Assembly: GCF_009914755.1 (NCBI RefSeq)
Contig: NC_060925.1
Strand: one strand, 5' to 3'
DNA length: 64,000 nt
Origin: the human T2T-CHM13v2.0 reference genome, Homo sapiens
How positions within the stretch are numbered: position 1 is the stretch's first letter; every line of letters begins with the position of its first letter. Shown piece after piece: positions 45,761-60,195 of this stretch. The notes under the pieces were generated by a model. It was not told the origin of the DNA and did not search any database. It saw only the letters and a list, made by a program, of their open reading frames with translations. The position numbers and the translations under genes are program-made.

Positions 45761-48624
45761 CCTACTCTGGATGCATTTTAGTTTGTAAATGTTGTTTTTA
45801 AAATATAATGCTTAGAACTTAAGATAATATTCTAGTTGAACACAGAAGTGCAGCTCACGTGGGGTGAGAAAGGCAAGTGGGGAAATGGTGAAAGGAAGAG
45901 GACATCTTCATCCTCGTCTCCCTCCCTCCCCCTCCCAATTTATGTGTGAAGACTGGGATAAACTCCCTTCCTGTGAGGGGATAAAGGCCTCTCCTGGGCA
46001 TAGCAGGTCAGAGACAGGGCACAATGTTGGCTCGATGGGGCACCCTTGGGCACCATCCTACTTGGCAGCCATGACCTTAGGTAAAGAACTTACTCCAACA
46101 TCCATAGTGCCTGCAACTATTTCTAATGTGTTAGCCCCTCTTTTGCACAAGGGACTGCTGTCTCCATTCATTTAAGAGATACTTTCAGCCCAGATGATGG
46201 CATATTTGCAGAATACAACACATAATGGCTTGTGTCTCTCTTATCCATTTACCTTTCTTTCAATTCCTTTGCTCTTGTGGTTTCCATCTCCTCCCCGTCC
46301 TTCACTGTATTCCAGGTTTTTCATGCATTAAATTAGATGATAAGCCCCTCCAGGGCAAGGGCCCTGTCTGCTCGTAACATAGGAAATAGCCTCAGTCTTG
46401 GGGAGAGCTTTTATTGCCAAAGGCTCACCTCCATCCAATTCCTTATTTTCTCCTCACACTTCTCCACCCCAGTGTTCCTGCAGGCGTGATGCTATGTGGG
46501 GTAGCTTCCCAGGGAGGCACTTTTGGCCTGGTGGAGGTGGAATCTGGAACAGTTCTAAGTCATTTAAGAACACTTTCTCCACCATGTCCCACTTCAGTCT
46601 TTTAGGGCTGAAGAAAAGATGGGGAGAATTGATAGTTGGGTGGTGACGAGCAGGACCAGCCCTCAGGCAGGACCCTGCTTAGCCCATACCAAACAGATGA
46701 GGTCCCTTGCTGTTTTCAAACTTGTCACATGAGCATTCTACAGCTTCCCCACTAATCTCACCAGTATTGCAGGACTCTCACTCGTGGGGAAATAAAGGCC
46801 TCCTCTTCCCACCCCTCCCTTTCTAACTTTTAATTTCATTTTCTAATTCTATAATATAATCCTAAATTTCTTTTTGTTTAGTAATCTCTGTTTAACTTTA
46901 ACTGGGAAAATATACATCTGGACACAGAACAAGGAAGACTGTGAGTGAAAATGATTAGTGGAATGAAACGGTGCCATGGAATATACTCCTTCCCCTGAGC
47001 CCCTGCTGAAGTAGGTAGGGGTCAGGGTCATTTGGAGACTGTGTGCGTGTACAGGCTGCCAGAGGTGGCAGGGCCAACAACTCCAAGTCTAGGTGAGTCT
47101 TAGAACAATCAGCAATTTCATTCACTGGGAACCTTTTAACATTTTCATTCACAAAGTTAAATAACATGATGATGTTTTTGCCTGATCTCAGCAGGGAAAA
47201 CTTGTTTGGCGTAACAGTATGAGGACTCTTGTGAGGTTTTAGGGGTATCACCTGCAGAAAGACATGTGTGACCAAAAGACCATAATGTCGGACTGCTGTG
47301 ACCAGTGCCCCTTGGGGGCACTATGATTGGAGAAAAGAAACCCATGTCGGTACTCTCCTTGGGGGTGGGCGTGAATCAATTAGAATTGCTGGAGAGTGAG
47401 TCTTCCTGCCCCAGGCAAGCCTATAGACTAAGATAGGAGAACAACTGGTTGGGGCAAAAGCCTTACCTGTATAGAAGGTTACTCACTCTGGTAAATAAAT
47501 ATCTTTCATAGTAAAAGCATCATCAGATTCCAGAGTCATGAATTAACAAATTGTGCCAGTCTGCTGTGTTTCTTCCTTTATCCATTGGTAGTCAGGAAGG
47601 TGCAAAGGGTGTGGTGGTTATAACCAACAGTCTAGACTTATTAATTTATGCTTATTTTTTGCTACAAAAGTGGCTCTTTGGTTAACTCCCATGACATTTA
47701 ACTGCCAGCCACCAGCAGGCTACCCACTTCAGTCCTCATTCTACCTGCCTTACCTAGACAATTTTATTTATTCTCATCATTTCAATGGTTAACCACTGTT
47801 ATTTCCATGATTGTAAGATACACCATTAATTTAATAATACCTGGGGGTGGGTGAGGTGAGAAGAATCTCTATCATATTAAATACACAACATCTATTGTAA
47901 GCTTATCCTTACACTCCACAGCTAAAGACCTACCAATTTTTCAAGACTCGTTGCATAGTCATCCCCTCTGTGAAGCTTTCTCTGACAGCCTCCTCCTGGA
48001 CTGGCCGCTCCCTTGTGGTGTCACAACTCTACCTTGCATATGCAATCACAATGCACAAAATGTCGACTCCTCAAGGGCAAGAACTGTCTGCTTCATCCCT
48101 GTACCCCCAGGATCTAGCCCAGTGTCTGCCATTAATTCACTCTATAAATATACATTGGGACCTACCATGTGCTAGGCACAGTCCCTGACACACATTGTTT
48201 ATTAAACAAAAGAATTTTTAAAACATCTACTCTGCCATAAGGTGGGATACAAGGTGAAAATGTGACAGCCTCTTAGGCCCATGCATTATTAGACAGAGAT
48301 GGGGGTAGTGTATACATTTTGCTAAACTGAATGTGACCAAGTGCCACAATGTGTGGTTCAAACATTAAGCGTTCTGGGTGGTTAAGAAAAGGAAAGATGG
48401 AGGATGAGCTGAAATCTGAGCTTCTGAAGGTGCCAGGCCTCACATTTCTCTGAAGCTCCACTACCTTCCAAGGCCTAACATTAGGCTTGAATTCAAGGTT
48501 GATTGAATGAAATTGGGAAACTTCCCTGCGAGATTCTAGGGAAGAATTGGGATGGGGAAGAGAAAGGAATTACAGTGTGTATGAACAGAACCAGGAAAGG
48601 CTTGGCGGCAGAAATAAATTTTAA

Positions 48625-49280
<656 letters not shown>

Positions 49281-50529
49281 GAATGAATTTTTAAGTCTCT
49301 TTCCAAAGATACCTGGCTAATCACACATTTGATAGTGGGGAAATAAGAAACATTTGTTGGTTGAAAGACGGATGCATGAGAGTAAAAGCAGTGTTCTTCC
49401 CCAGTGTGGGCAGTTTCCGCATAAGCATCTGCGATCCGTTTTGCATGTGAATGAAAGCCCAGTGACGGGCAGTGGGCACCAGTGCTGCTCCTTGCGTGTT
49501 TGAATCATGCTTGCTAAGTTTCAAGCAAGGAATGCTCCATTTCTCCCAACCAAGTCGGGCCTTTTGTATTCAAATCAAAAGCACAAAACTCTATTGTAGG
49601 GGGAAAAATGAGTCTTTATTGGCAATCAGTGGTGTCCACTTAGAGCAATAAATATTAAGTCTTAAGAGTACATTCTATATGAAGTACTATAGCTATTAAT
49701 ACACTTGGGTTTTGTTTGTTTTTTAAATGGGTGTCTTTGTGGGGTGCTGTTCTAATCAGTGCCACAGGCGCCGAGGAGAGGGAGGGAGCTGGGTAAGGAA
49801 GGAGACAGGCCCACCCTAGCCACCGGGGAGTGGGCAGAGTCAGGAGAGCGGGGTTCTGATTTTGCCCCTTCCCTGTGAATCCTTGGGCACCTCACCGAAA
49901 CACTTAAGGCCTCTGTATGGTAGAGGTTGGAATCCGTGGCCTTTAAAAGTCCTTTCAGCTCCTTCGCTCCTATCTGCATAATTTTTGGCATAGGCCAAGC
50001 GGCTGGTTGGTGGGGTGTTTAGCTCAGGACGAGAGGCCGAACGAGCGGGGAGTTGGCTGAGGATAGACTAGACACGCGTGGGTGACTCCAGCGTGATGGA
50101 ACGCGGGGTGTCCCGGGATAGGGCTAAAGCGATGGGATTTCCAGACGAGTCTTTCCCAGGCCAACTTTTAAAGGTCGGAGGAAAGTTTCTCGTGGGGTGG
50201 GGGCCCAGAGGGGATGGCAGGGTGGGCTCCGACGCCTCCTCGCCTTTAAGCGGGTGGCCCCGGCTCTTCCTCCGTTACCTGGAGCGGGGAGGGGCTTGGG
50301 AAAGTTTGTGTTTGTTGCTGGCAAAGCGCCGGATGGGAGGCGCGGGCGGGCGCTGCGGTTCTTCCCTTCTGCTTTCGGGAAGCGGTCGGGGCTGCACACT
50401 CGGATCGGCGGGGCCGGCTCCCGGGCCCGGCCGGCTGGAGGAGGGAGGGAAGGAGGCGGGAGGGAGCGAGCGGAGCCAGGGGCGCACGTACGCCCCAGCG
50501 CTGGGATTTATCGGCTCGCGAGGAGAGCG

Positions 50530-50651
50530 GAGCAGGCGCGCGGCCCAGGCGGAGGAGCGCCGACTCTGGAGCAGCCGGAGCTGGAAGAGGAGGAGGAGGA
50601 GAGGCGGCGGGGAAGGAGGAGGAGGGGGAGAGTCGCTCCCGCCGGGCGAGC
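50530..50651 (+). other. PTGFRN: PTGFRN exon 1 5' UTR (TSS approximate)
   Basis: GC/GGA-rich and ATG-free segment between the TATA-like element and the start codon. Confidence 0.65.
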
Positions 50652-50700
50652 ATGGGGCGCCTGGCCTCGAGGCCGCTGCTGCTGGCGCTCCTGTCGTTGG
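50652..50700 (+). CDS. PTGFRN: PTGFRN (prostaglandin F2 receptor negative regulator, CD9P-1/EWI-F) coding exon 1, signal peptide
   Basis: Strong Kozak gagcATGG; encodes MGRLASRPLLLALLSL plus 1 nt, which I recognise as the PTGFRN N-terminus; canonical G|GTGAGT phase-1 donor. Confidence 0.93.
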
Positions 50701-52090
50701 GTGAGTGTGCGCGGGGCTCAGCGGGGCACACGGGGACTGGCGAGGCCCTGGAGGGCTCGGCGGGGCGCGGCTGCAGCGCGCGGCCTGGGGCGCCGAGGGT
50801 GCCCGGGCTGCTCCCGGGAAACCCGGCCGGGGTGCGCGGGTTGTTCGGCCCGGCGGGGAGCGGCCGCGGGGCCGCCCGGAGCCTGGCGCGAATCCGCTCG
50901 GGCCCCGCGCGCGGGGTGCAAGTGGCCGCTCCGCCAGGCCGAGCCTCGCCCCCAACATGTGCCGGGGGGAGTGGCCCGGGGCCGTCTTTCCCCCAGGTCT
51001 CCCTACCTGTTGGCCGCCGGGAGCCCGGCTCACCTTGAACTCCCGGCCCGGAAGGTGCTGCGGTCCCGGCCCGGGTCCTCGGCTCGAGAGCGGAAATGTG
51101 AGCCTTTGATATGCCCCGCCATAGCCGCCGCCGGCCGGGTCGCTCTTCACCCAACCCGCGCGGAGTTGCCTTTCCAGGGAAGCGAGAGAATCCTCCAACT
51201 TCCTTCCACGAAGGTCACAGGGTGGCCCGGAGCGTTACAATGGAAATCGGCGGGCGAGTCCTGCCGTCATTTTCGTCGTGGCTAGATCTTCTGCCTCAGT
51301 CTTTTCTTTTAGCTTTTCTTGAAGCTGCCTAGCTGCGTATTTATACACAAAGACCTAAAAGCCTGGCTTCTCCAACTTTTTCTACCTGTTACTTTCCCTC
51401 CCTTACTATCCCCTCGTCTTCCACCCTCCGGAAACCCTGGGTGCCCCGTGAGGTTTTGGCCCAGCGCCCTCCCCCCACCCAAGGAATCTTTTGTGGGTTT
51501 TTTCCCTCTCCATTTTCCATTCACTCCATACACAGACACCATCTTCACGTAGATCCACATGGTGATCCTAGCCAGCCACGGAAATATGTTTATTAAGTGC
51601 CCACCATGGTACCCCAGGGCCGACTCTTAAATGTTTTGATATTCTTGGATCCTTGTTGTCAGTGTCAACCAGGACAAGATGATTCCTGTGACCTGGCCTG
51701 GGGTTCTCTTCCAAGCCCCTAGAGAAGGCGGCTCTGAGTCTTTCACAGAGCGCATGATGTGCGGTGTCCGTGCCATTCAGGTCCCAGCTGCACACAGGGC
51801 AAATGATTACTCTGCACTTATGGTCAGAGGGTTCCAGAGGAGGCCTTCTATAGCTACTCCCCTGCTGGGGACACCGGGGCCCACACTGCTGTAACCCCCA
51901 TGACTCCTGCTGCTGATGAACCAGCCTTGCTGGCTGCTGTGTTTTCTTCCTTCACCTTGAAGGGATTTTCTGAACTGACTCCCTCAGAGAGCTCGTCCAG
52001 CCACATTGCTTCAGCTTCAGCCCATGTGCAGAAAGCTTCCAGATCTTCCACTTAGTTTTATGGCATCTTTTCTATAGTCCCTGATCCTAG

Positions 52091-52490
<400 letters not shown>

Positions 52491-53459
52491 CAGTTATGAG
52501 GGTGGGATGAGGTAGAACTTTGAAAACAATGCCCTTGAGTAATAATGAAGGGAGAAGAGGGGAGGGGGCAAAGAGAGACTGACAAAAACAAAATAGAAGT
52601 GGGGAAAGCACAGCTTGGGGAAATCTTGATTGTACTCCAGCATATCCTGTCCTGGCTGGATGCCTCCTATGAATTACACAGGGAATTTCTGTGGTGTCAC
52701 CAGCCAGTACCTTTTCACCTAACAGTTCTCTGAACCATTGATGACCCTCCTGATAACTCTGCTGTCACAGAATCTCACTCGGTGTGGCTTCAGCCTGACC
52801 TCTGGGAAGGTCTCGCTGTGTTACACTGCTCTGGCACTGTACTGATCCCTGAAATGTAATATGTTGATAAACAAGATCATCTTTCCTCCTGGGGTGTAAC
52901 CTGGGTATAATCGTGGTATCGCTGCTCTTTTTGACCTCCATATTCACGTAGTCTCTCAATTCTTGGCTCTCCCCGTACCACAGACTCCAGCTTCTTTCTT
53001 TCCTTCCTGTTTCTACGGCTACTGTCTTAGCCCAGGTCCTGATTGTTTCCCACACAGTTGGTGTCTTCCTGGTTGATTATTTCCTCCAGCCTCCCTTTTA
53101 AGCTCATCCTTTTCCTAAATGATCATTTTTGGGGCTCCCACCTGTTCTCACTGTGTCCTTATGAGTTTCCTCCAAGGAGATGTTGCCCCTTGTGTGTCCC
53201 TCCCCTCTGGTCTTCTCTGGCTCAGACACTTCGTTCCAACTAACCTGTTTGCTCTCCTTTATGTAGACTATATTAAACCTTCTGGCCCCTTCTACTTCTC
53301 ACCTCTTGCCTGCGTATTAATATTTCCTTTTTCCCTTGAAACTCACTTTCTCCATGAAGCCTTCCTAAGCCTACCTACCATGATCACACCAGAACCCACC
53401 CAGCCACATAGAGCAGGTTTCACATCCATTGCCTATGTCTGACCTGTCTTGCCCATCCA

Positions 53460-53990
53460 CTCAATGTGGCATTTCTTGAGTGGCCACTCTGTGTGCAACT
53501 GTGTGTTCAATACTGGGAGTCCCAGACAAATGACAAAGACACAGCATCTCCCTGAGCGGCTGGTGGGTGTGAGTAGACAGAGAATAAAATAGCTAACCAC
53601 AGGACTGAATGAAATACCTGACATGGAAACCAAGTGTGGGAAACAAGGAAGGGGATGATTAATTTTGACTTGGGGGTTGGGGCTGGTTTTGCTGAAGAAG
53701 TGACATTTGAGTTGAGCCTTGAGGATAATTAGAATTTTGAAAGAAAGGATAGAAGAGCATTCTGGGCTCTGGGGAAAAGCCTAAAGTGTGGATGAGTGAA
53801 AGTACATGGCTCATTGAGAAATGGCACGTAAGTTCCCTGTAGCTGGAGCTGGGAGGAGGAGGAAATAATGGGGGTGCAATTATTTGGGGGAGGAGGAAAT
53901 AATGGGGGAGGAAAGGTGGGTTTGGGATAGATCCTGTAGGTTTTGCATGCTGTGCTAAGGAGTCTGGACTGGGAGGGGTAGATTTGTTGG
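53460..53990 (-). mobile_element. L2 fragment
   Basis: gaagaagtgacatttgagttgagccttgaggat..gaagagcattctgggc..ctaaggagtctggact. Confidence 0.6.
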
Positions 53991-54447
53991 TGCTCTGGGT
54001 GCTGCCAGCCAGTCTGTGCCCTGTCATCAGAGCATATATTTCCTTCATTGTATGTAATTGTTCCCTACTCTGATTGTTTCCCCTGGGGGCAGGGGCCACG
54101 TTGATTTTGTTCACTACAATGTCCCTATTACGAATAGGATATATAACTCATACTGGTTGTTTGATACATATTGGCTGACTGAATACTTACATATGTCATT
54201 TTATCTGTGGGAATGGGTAGCCATTAAAAGTTTGTAGGGCGAGATTAACAGGACAGGGTAATGTGTTGAGGAGGATAAACCCTCAACTAGTGCAACATAA
54301 ATTGGAGAGTAGAAGGCATGGAGATTGTAGGGTGGGATTAACACATTCTCTTTATGTCTTTATTTTTGCAAATCTATTGAGATACTTTTTTAAGTGTCAA
54401 AAGCATTACATCTGTATTTTAAAATTCAAATGATATAAAAGGACTTT

Positions 54448-54882
54448 GTATTAATCAGGTAGGCTAAACTGCTCTAACAAACTCAAAGCATAGTGGTTCA
54501 GACAATAGATGTGTCTTATATAACAATGCGAGGGAGATGCTTCAGAGGAAAGGGTTGGGTGGGAACCCTGCTTTACACAGTCATTCTGGCTCCCCAGCTG
54601 GTGGCAGTTCTGCTGTCTTCAACTCACAGTTTCTAAGATCACTTTGGTAGTCGTCATCACCATTCCAGCCCCTACAAAGGAGGAAAGAGCGTAGAGTAGA
54701 ATATTTGGAGTCTTTGTGGGTCAGACTTGAAAGTGGCACACATCATTTCTGCACACGTTCTATTGGAGAGACTTTGGGCCCATGCCACACTAGCTGTAAG
54801 GAAAGCTGGGAAGCCATGTGCCAGCTACTATGGAAGAAGGGAAAGACAGATTTTGAGGGAACAGCTAACAGTCTCTGTGTTA
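54448..54882 (-). mobile_element. MLT1J/K-type LTR
   Basis: tgtattaatcaggtaggctaaactgctctaacaaa..ttgaaagtggcacacatcatttctgcacac..acagctaacagtctctg. Confidence 0.65.
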
Positions 54883-54915
54883 CTTACAAAGGATATAAGG
54901 TCAAAAGAAAAATCT

Positions 54916-55215
<300 letters not shown>

Positions 55216-55349
55216 AAAAAAATGTGTCCACCCTCCTGCCCAGGCACAGCCACTCCTGCCTAACGTGTGTGTGTCTCTGCATACTGAGTATTTTGTTTTT
55301 TTTTCCTCATAGCTTCTGTACAAGGCTCTGCACCTAATAGGCACAGACT

Positions 55350-55560
55350 AATAATAGCTACTATTTCTCGATTGCATATCAAGCGTCAGGCTCTGACGTA
55401 CATTCTGGTATTTATTCCTCACAACAATACTTTGAGAAAGTCACTATTTTGTCTTTATTACAGATAAGGAAACTGATGCCCAGAAAAGTTAGTTAACTTG
55501 TCTAGAGACATACAGATTCTTCCTAGCAGACCTAGGATCTGATCTCAGGACTCCATTCTG
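55350..55560 (-). mobile_element. MIR
   Basis: ttattcctcacaacaa..tacagataaggaaactgatgcccagaaaagttagttaacttg. Confidence 0.7.
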
Positions 55561-58089
55561 TCTCTGCTAAGGAAAAGTTTACTAATGTTCGCTAAACCTT
55601 ATGCTGCGTATTGCTTGAGATTAGCTTAGGTGAAGAAAGATGATAGTGGTTTGAAAGTGAAAGTGCATTTAAAAATAGGAGGATCCAGGGTTAGTGCAGC
55701 CCAGGTACACTTCCTGAAGGGAAGGGCAGTGCCAGCATGCACCTCAGAGGTGTGGCATCTCTGCAACCCTAGCAGGTGGCCATGCCGGCTCTGAGGACGG
55801 GCCGAAATGCAACTGCCTCTGGAAAGCACTGAAGGAGGAGGAAGGCCAGTGGGAGGAACCCTAGTGAATCCATCCAGCTTTAACAGTCTTTGAAGTGCTG
55901 TGGCCTTCAGAGATTCCTTGGCACTTATTTTAGCCTTGTTAACAGAATTCCTGTATCTGCCAAGCTGATTAATGCCTGCCCTGGCTATAATTATTCTTAT
56001 TAGCCTGCTGAATAGGAACTCTAGTTGTCAGTGATCATTCCTTACAAGGCAGCAGGCTAGTCGGCATTTATGTGGCTGTTTTGTTTTAGCGATGAGCTGC
56101 TGAGCTGATTTTCCCCCCGTAGATTGAATGTACATTTTCATATTGGCACTGCGTCTGGCAGTTAAATAAGGTGTGTGCTTGTCTGTCGATGTGTGTCTGC
56201 GTCTCACTTTATCAAATGAAGTTGGAAGGATGCTGTCCAGGCAGTTCATAGCTGTTTTGTTTAATTGCATTGGTTTCTTAAAGGCAGGGTTGCAAGGGTC
56301 ATTTGACTCTGCTTTGGGAAAATAACTTGAACTGGCAAAAATTCTTCATAATTTATCTTCTGGAAAAGGTGAAGTGCTGCAGTTGGCACAGTCAGTGGTT
56401 TTTTCGATCTTGGACTATTTCTTCCCACACCAACTGTAGTCTTTGGGAAGCAACAGAATTAGACCCAGAAGTTAACACTGTCGTGTCCCAGCAATATGCG
56501 TTTCCAGTAGGCTGGAGATCATGGCTCTGTGCATTCGCTTGTGTTCTTTGAAGGCTGATTTCTCCACAATACTCTGTATTGTGTCACTAAGCAGCATGAT
56601 TCAAGTTTAAGTAAAATGTTCTGGGACCTTAATTGCATCCTGTTTCACACCTTTACAAGCAGCTGGAATGTGAAAATATTTACCTCACTTGGGATATTTC
56701 ATAGGAGTGGAGAAGAACCCGTGGCTACTGTTGCTCTGTCTAGGATGAATTTGGCTTAGAATAGCGAAGAGTGGAATTGTGCCTAAGGGTTCCGGGCACA
56801 TTTCAGAGTGGGTGCTACCTTGGAATCCTAATGAAATAGAGATAGTGGGCAGACAGATGAGTTACTTCTTGGAGCTTAAAAGTGACTCCAAGCCAAGAAT
56901 ATTCTGATAATGGCTCTTCCTTGCTCTTCTTTAGAGCTGGACTAGACAGAACTCCCCAGCTTATGGGCCTCAGTAAGGGACTCACATGGATTTCAGGTGG
57001 GTTGTCATGATACTGATACCCACAGGGCAGGAGCTGCCTCTAAATCCAAAGGCCTGCGTACCCAGAGAGCTGTACAGATACTGTCATTTCCTGTGTGTGC
57101 TATGATTTGACGAAGGATGGCAGTTCTCTCCTTCACTTGGTGAACTACAGCCCTTTAGCCCTAGCTTTGGAATGAGCTGTTTGAAGATGCAAGGTGAGAA
57201 GCTCAGTAACACGGCTAGCAGCTCATTTATTCAGCAAATATTGAGCAAGCGCCTACTATTACACGCCGGGCATTGTTCTGAGGATTGCTGTATGAGCAGA
57301 GCAGACTCAGATCTGCCCTCAAAGAGTTGGACAAAATGCACTAGATGTCAGAAAGTGGACGATTGAGATGAGGGTCAAGGGCAGGTTCTTGGAAATGCCT
57401 GCAGTGAGGAGACAGGAAATGAAAGGGAGAGTTCTAGGAGTAGTCAGGGAACGGAAGAAGTACTGGGAGAGCACGCTGTCGGAAGCCAAGCAGAGATGGG
57501 TGTGAGTGGACTTGTTAAAGAGGGATTGGTCACATGCTGCTACAGAACTGGAAGGATAAAGACAGAGAAGCCCTTGGATATGGGCACTGTGAAGTCTGCC
57601 CAGTGAAGGAGGAAGGGAAATCACAGAACTTGAGAAGTGGGTGGGGTGGGGAAGGAACTCTGAGTCAGAAACGATCGCCCACCTTTTCAAGTGGTGTGGA
57701 GCAGAAGACCACTGTGAGGGTAGTGGCTCAGGGCACGGCAGAACCAGATCAACTTAAACAGGATCCAGGCGTCTCTAAGCAGGCCCACAGGCCAGCTGGG
57801 AGACTCTGGTGGCAAAGGACAGGCTGAAGAGCAGTGAGCAGGCATGACTACTGGGTGTGGACTCCAGAGAAGGTGGCACAGGGGGGTTGGGGTGCAAATA
57901 GAAGCCCTAGCCTTGAAGAGCCAGAGAGGAGGGAAGGGAGAGGGAGAGGAGAGCATGGAGAGAGCAGTTTGATATGGCATGCAGTCTCTGCAGTGATCTC
58001 AGACTTTTCAGCCCTAAGAGTAGCCCCAAAGCTTCCCCAGACATGCTAGTTAGAGGTTTTCTATATGTTCCCTTGTTCCCTGTCTCTCT

Positions 58090-58358
58090 CTTTTTAGGAC
58101 AGGGTCTCACGCTATCACCCTGGCTGGATTACAGTGGTGCAATCACGGCTCATTGCAGCATGAAACTCCTGGGCTCAAGCAGTCCTCCCACCTCAGCCTC
58201 CTGAGTAGCCAGGACTGCACAACCAGGCCTGGTTAATTTTTTATCTTTTTCCTAGAGGCAGGGTCTTGCTATGTTTCTCGGACTGGTCTCAAACTCCTGG
58301 CCTCAAGTGATCCTCCTGCCTCAGCCTCCCAAAATATCGTTAGCCACTGCGCCCGGCC
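58090..58358 (-). mobile_element. AluJ
   Basis: Antisense dimer; flanking tatgttccctt repeats. Confidence 0.85.
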
Positions 58359-58689
58359 TGTATGTTCCCTTTCTTTATCTGCACACATATAAAGTTTCCT
58401 CTGTGTCCCTCTGGATGTCTTCTTCTGTGTTGATTGGTGGAATTAACTTACTCTCTGATAGCTTTTAGGTCTTTGGCTGTTAGGCAGAATCTCTAGCACA
58501 GGGACTCTTGCATTTTATAATCCATCTTTCTCTTATTCACATTAGCTAAGAAGATTTTAATAGTTTGTATTACAAATAAACCATTACATGTGTGTTTTTA
58601 AAATCTACTTCTGTTCTTTATACCCTTCCAGCCTTACTTCATCTCCCAATTAAAAGAGGAAAAAATAGGATTCAGGCTTCAGAATCAGC

Positions 58690-59012
58690 CTTTCATTTGA
58701 ATCCTGTCTTCCCTCAGTGTGAACCTTGGACAGGTTTTCTAACCTCTTTGAATCTCACTTTCTGTCTCTGTGAAATGGGAATAATACCTCTCTTGGAGGT
58801 TTTTCCATGAAGATTAAAAACAATATATTTAGAAGAATGCAAACATTAGTGTATGTAAGTTCCTAGAACTCTGCTACCCCAACTGTGTTCTGTGGACCAC
58901 CAGCATTGGCAGCACCTGGGGGAATCTCAGGTCCAAACTTGTGAATCAAAGTTTGTATTTGAACAAGATCCGCAGGGGATTCAAATGCATGCTAAAGTTT
59001 AAGAAGCATGTC
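58690..59012. mobile_element. MIR (+) followed by a MER5A fragment
   Basis: ccttggacaggttttctaacctct..tgaaatgggaataatacct; gtggaccaccagcattggcagcacctggg..aaagtttaagaagca. Confidence 0.6.
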
Positions 59013-59844
59013 TGGAGGAGGTTTGGCATACAAATTACTTGGTAGTCTGGGCTTTCTCAGTGGGACTGAGGCAAAGCCATGGTCAGAGTCTGAGCTGGAG
59101 GAGAGTGGGCTGGGGCTGGACCCCACGGGAATGTGACAGTCATTCAGTTAGCAGTGAAGGATGGAGGATAGCATAGGTCTGTAGTAAAGGCAGTGGGCCT
59201 AGTTTCGTGGCTTTATCCCACCAAGTTTGGCAGCCTAGGAGGGACAGCATCATGTGGTCTCTCCATGGAATGAGAGTGGAAGGATGAGTGATAAAGGAAC
59301 CGAGGGAACTGATGAGAACATCACAGGAAAGATTAGCCAAGGAGTACACGTGGGATAGGCAGGTGAGTGGGGCTTCCAGGCTTGATGCACCTGCAGAAGG
59401 TTTGAGGGCCTGGAGGGCATGATGATGGCATAAAAGCAGATTCTGAGGTGCAAGGGAATGGGTAGTCTAGGAAAGTAGGAGGTGAGGATCAAGAGAGGTA
59501 ACTTCTGAGTTCAGGGTTTTGGCAGCAGAGATCTAAGGGGAGATAGGCTGGATGGCTAGTAGTGACATAAGCATTTATTCAGAGTTTCTGCCTCTTCCAC
59601 CATTTTGGCTGGTTGAGCTAATATCTGACTGGGTTGGGCCTGAATGGATTAGGAGAGAGGGGTGTGACTTAGAAGCATTAGCCCTAGGCGTTGTGGGGAA
59701 AAGGCAGTAACCTATGACTAAGATGAATTGGGGGTTGGGGACCAGGTGCGATGCAAGAGAAACCAATATGAGGGTTCTTTCCTTCCCAATAAATTCCTGT
59801 CTACCTTTTTTGTAGCATTTATTTTGTGCCAGGCACTACGCTTT

Positions 59845-60195
59845 TCTTTTCTTTTCTTTTTTTTAAAGAGAGGGGGTCTCTGTCACCCAGGCTGGAGTGT
59901 AATGTTGCAGTCATAGCCCACTGCAGCCTCAACCTCCCTGGCTGAAGTGATCCTCCCACCTCAGCCTCCCCAGCAGCCGGAACCAGCTAATGCACTTTCC
60001 ATAGATGAACTTATTTAGGAGGCTTCATAGCCCCATGAGAGTAGGCACTGTTGTTACCCCTGTTTAATAGATGAGCAAACTGAGTCACAGAGGTGAAGTC
60101 ACTTGCTCAGGGTCACAGTGTAAGTGGCAGACTTGGGATTCAAACCCAGGTAGTCTGGCTCCAGAGTGTGGGTTCATAACCACAGTACACTAGTC
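59845..60195 (-). mobile_element. Alu right monomer followed by MIR
   Basis: catagcccactgcagcctcaacctcc; agatgagcaaactgagtcacagaggtgaagtcacttgctcagggtcacag. Confidence 0.7.

Larger units (their letters stand above)
50000..51280. promoter_or_regulatory. PTGFRN: CpG island / PTGFRN promoter
   Basis: Sharp rise in GC and CpG density spanning exon 1; GC boxes (gggcggg, ggggcg); TATA-like GATTTAT at ~50505. Confidence 0.92.

Noticed and set aside
47790-47905. Possible Tigger-like DNA transposon fragment
   Set aside because: Similarity too short and diverged to support a call by eye.
50652-51038. 128-aa ORF from the PTGFRN ATG
   Set aside because: It reads through the canonical GTGAGT donor into intron 1. 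Only the first 49 nt are exon.
50078-51285. Long overlapping ORFs (208-362 aa) on both strands
   Set aside because: Stop-codon scarcity in the CpG island; low-complexity Arg/Gly/Pro/Ala translations with no recognisable domain.
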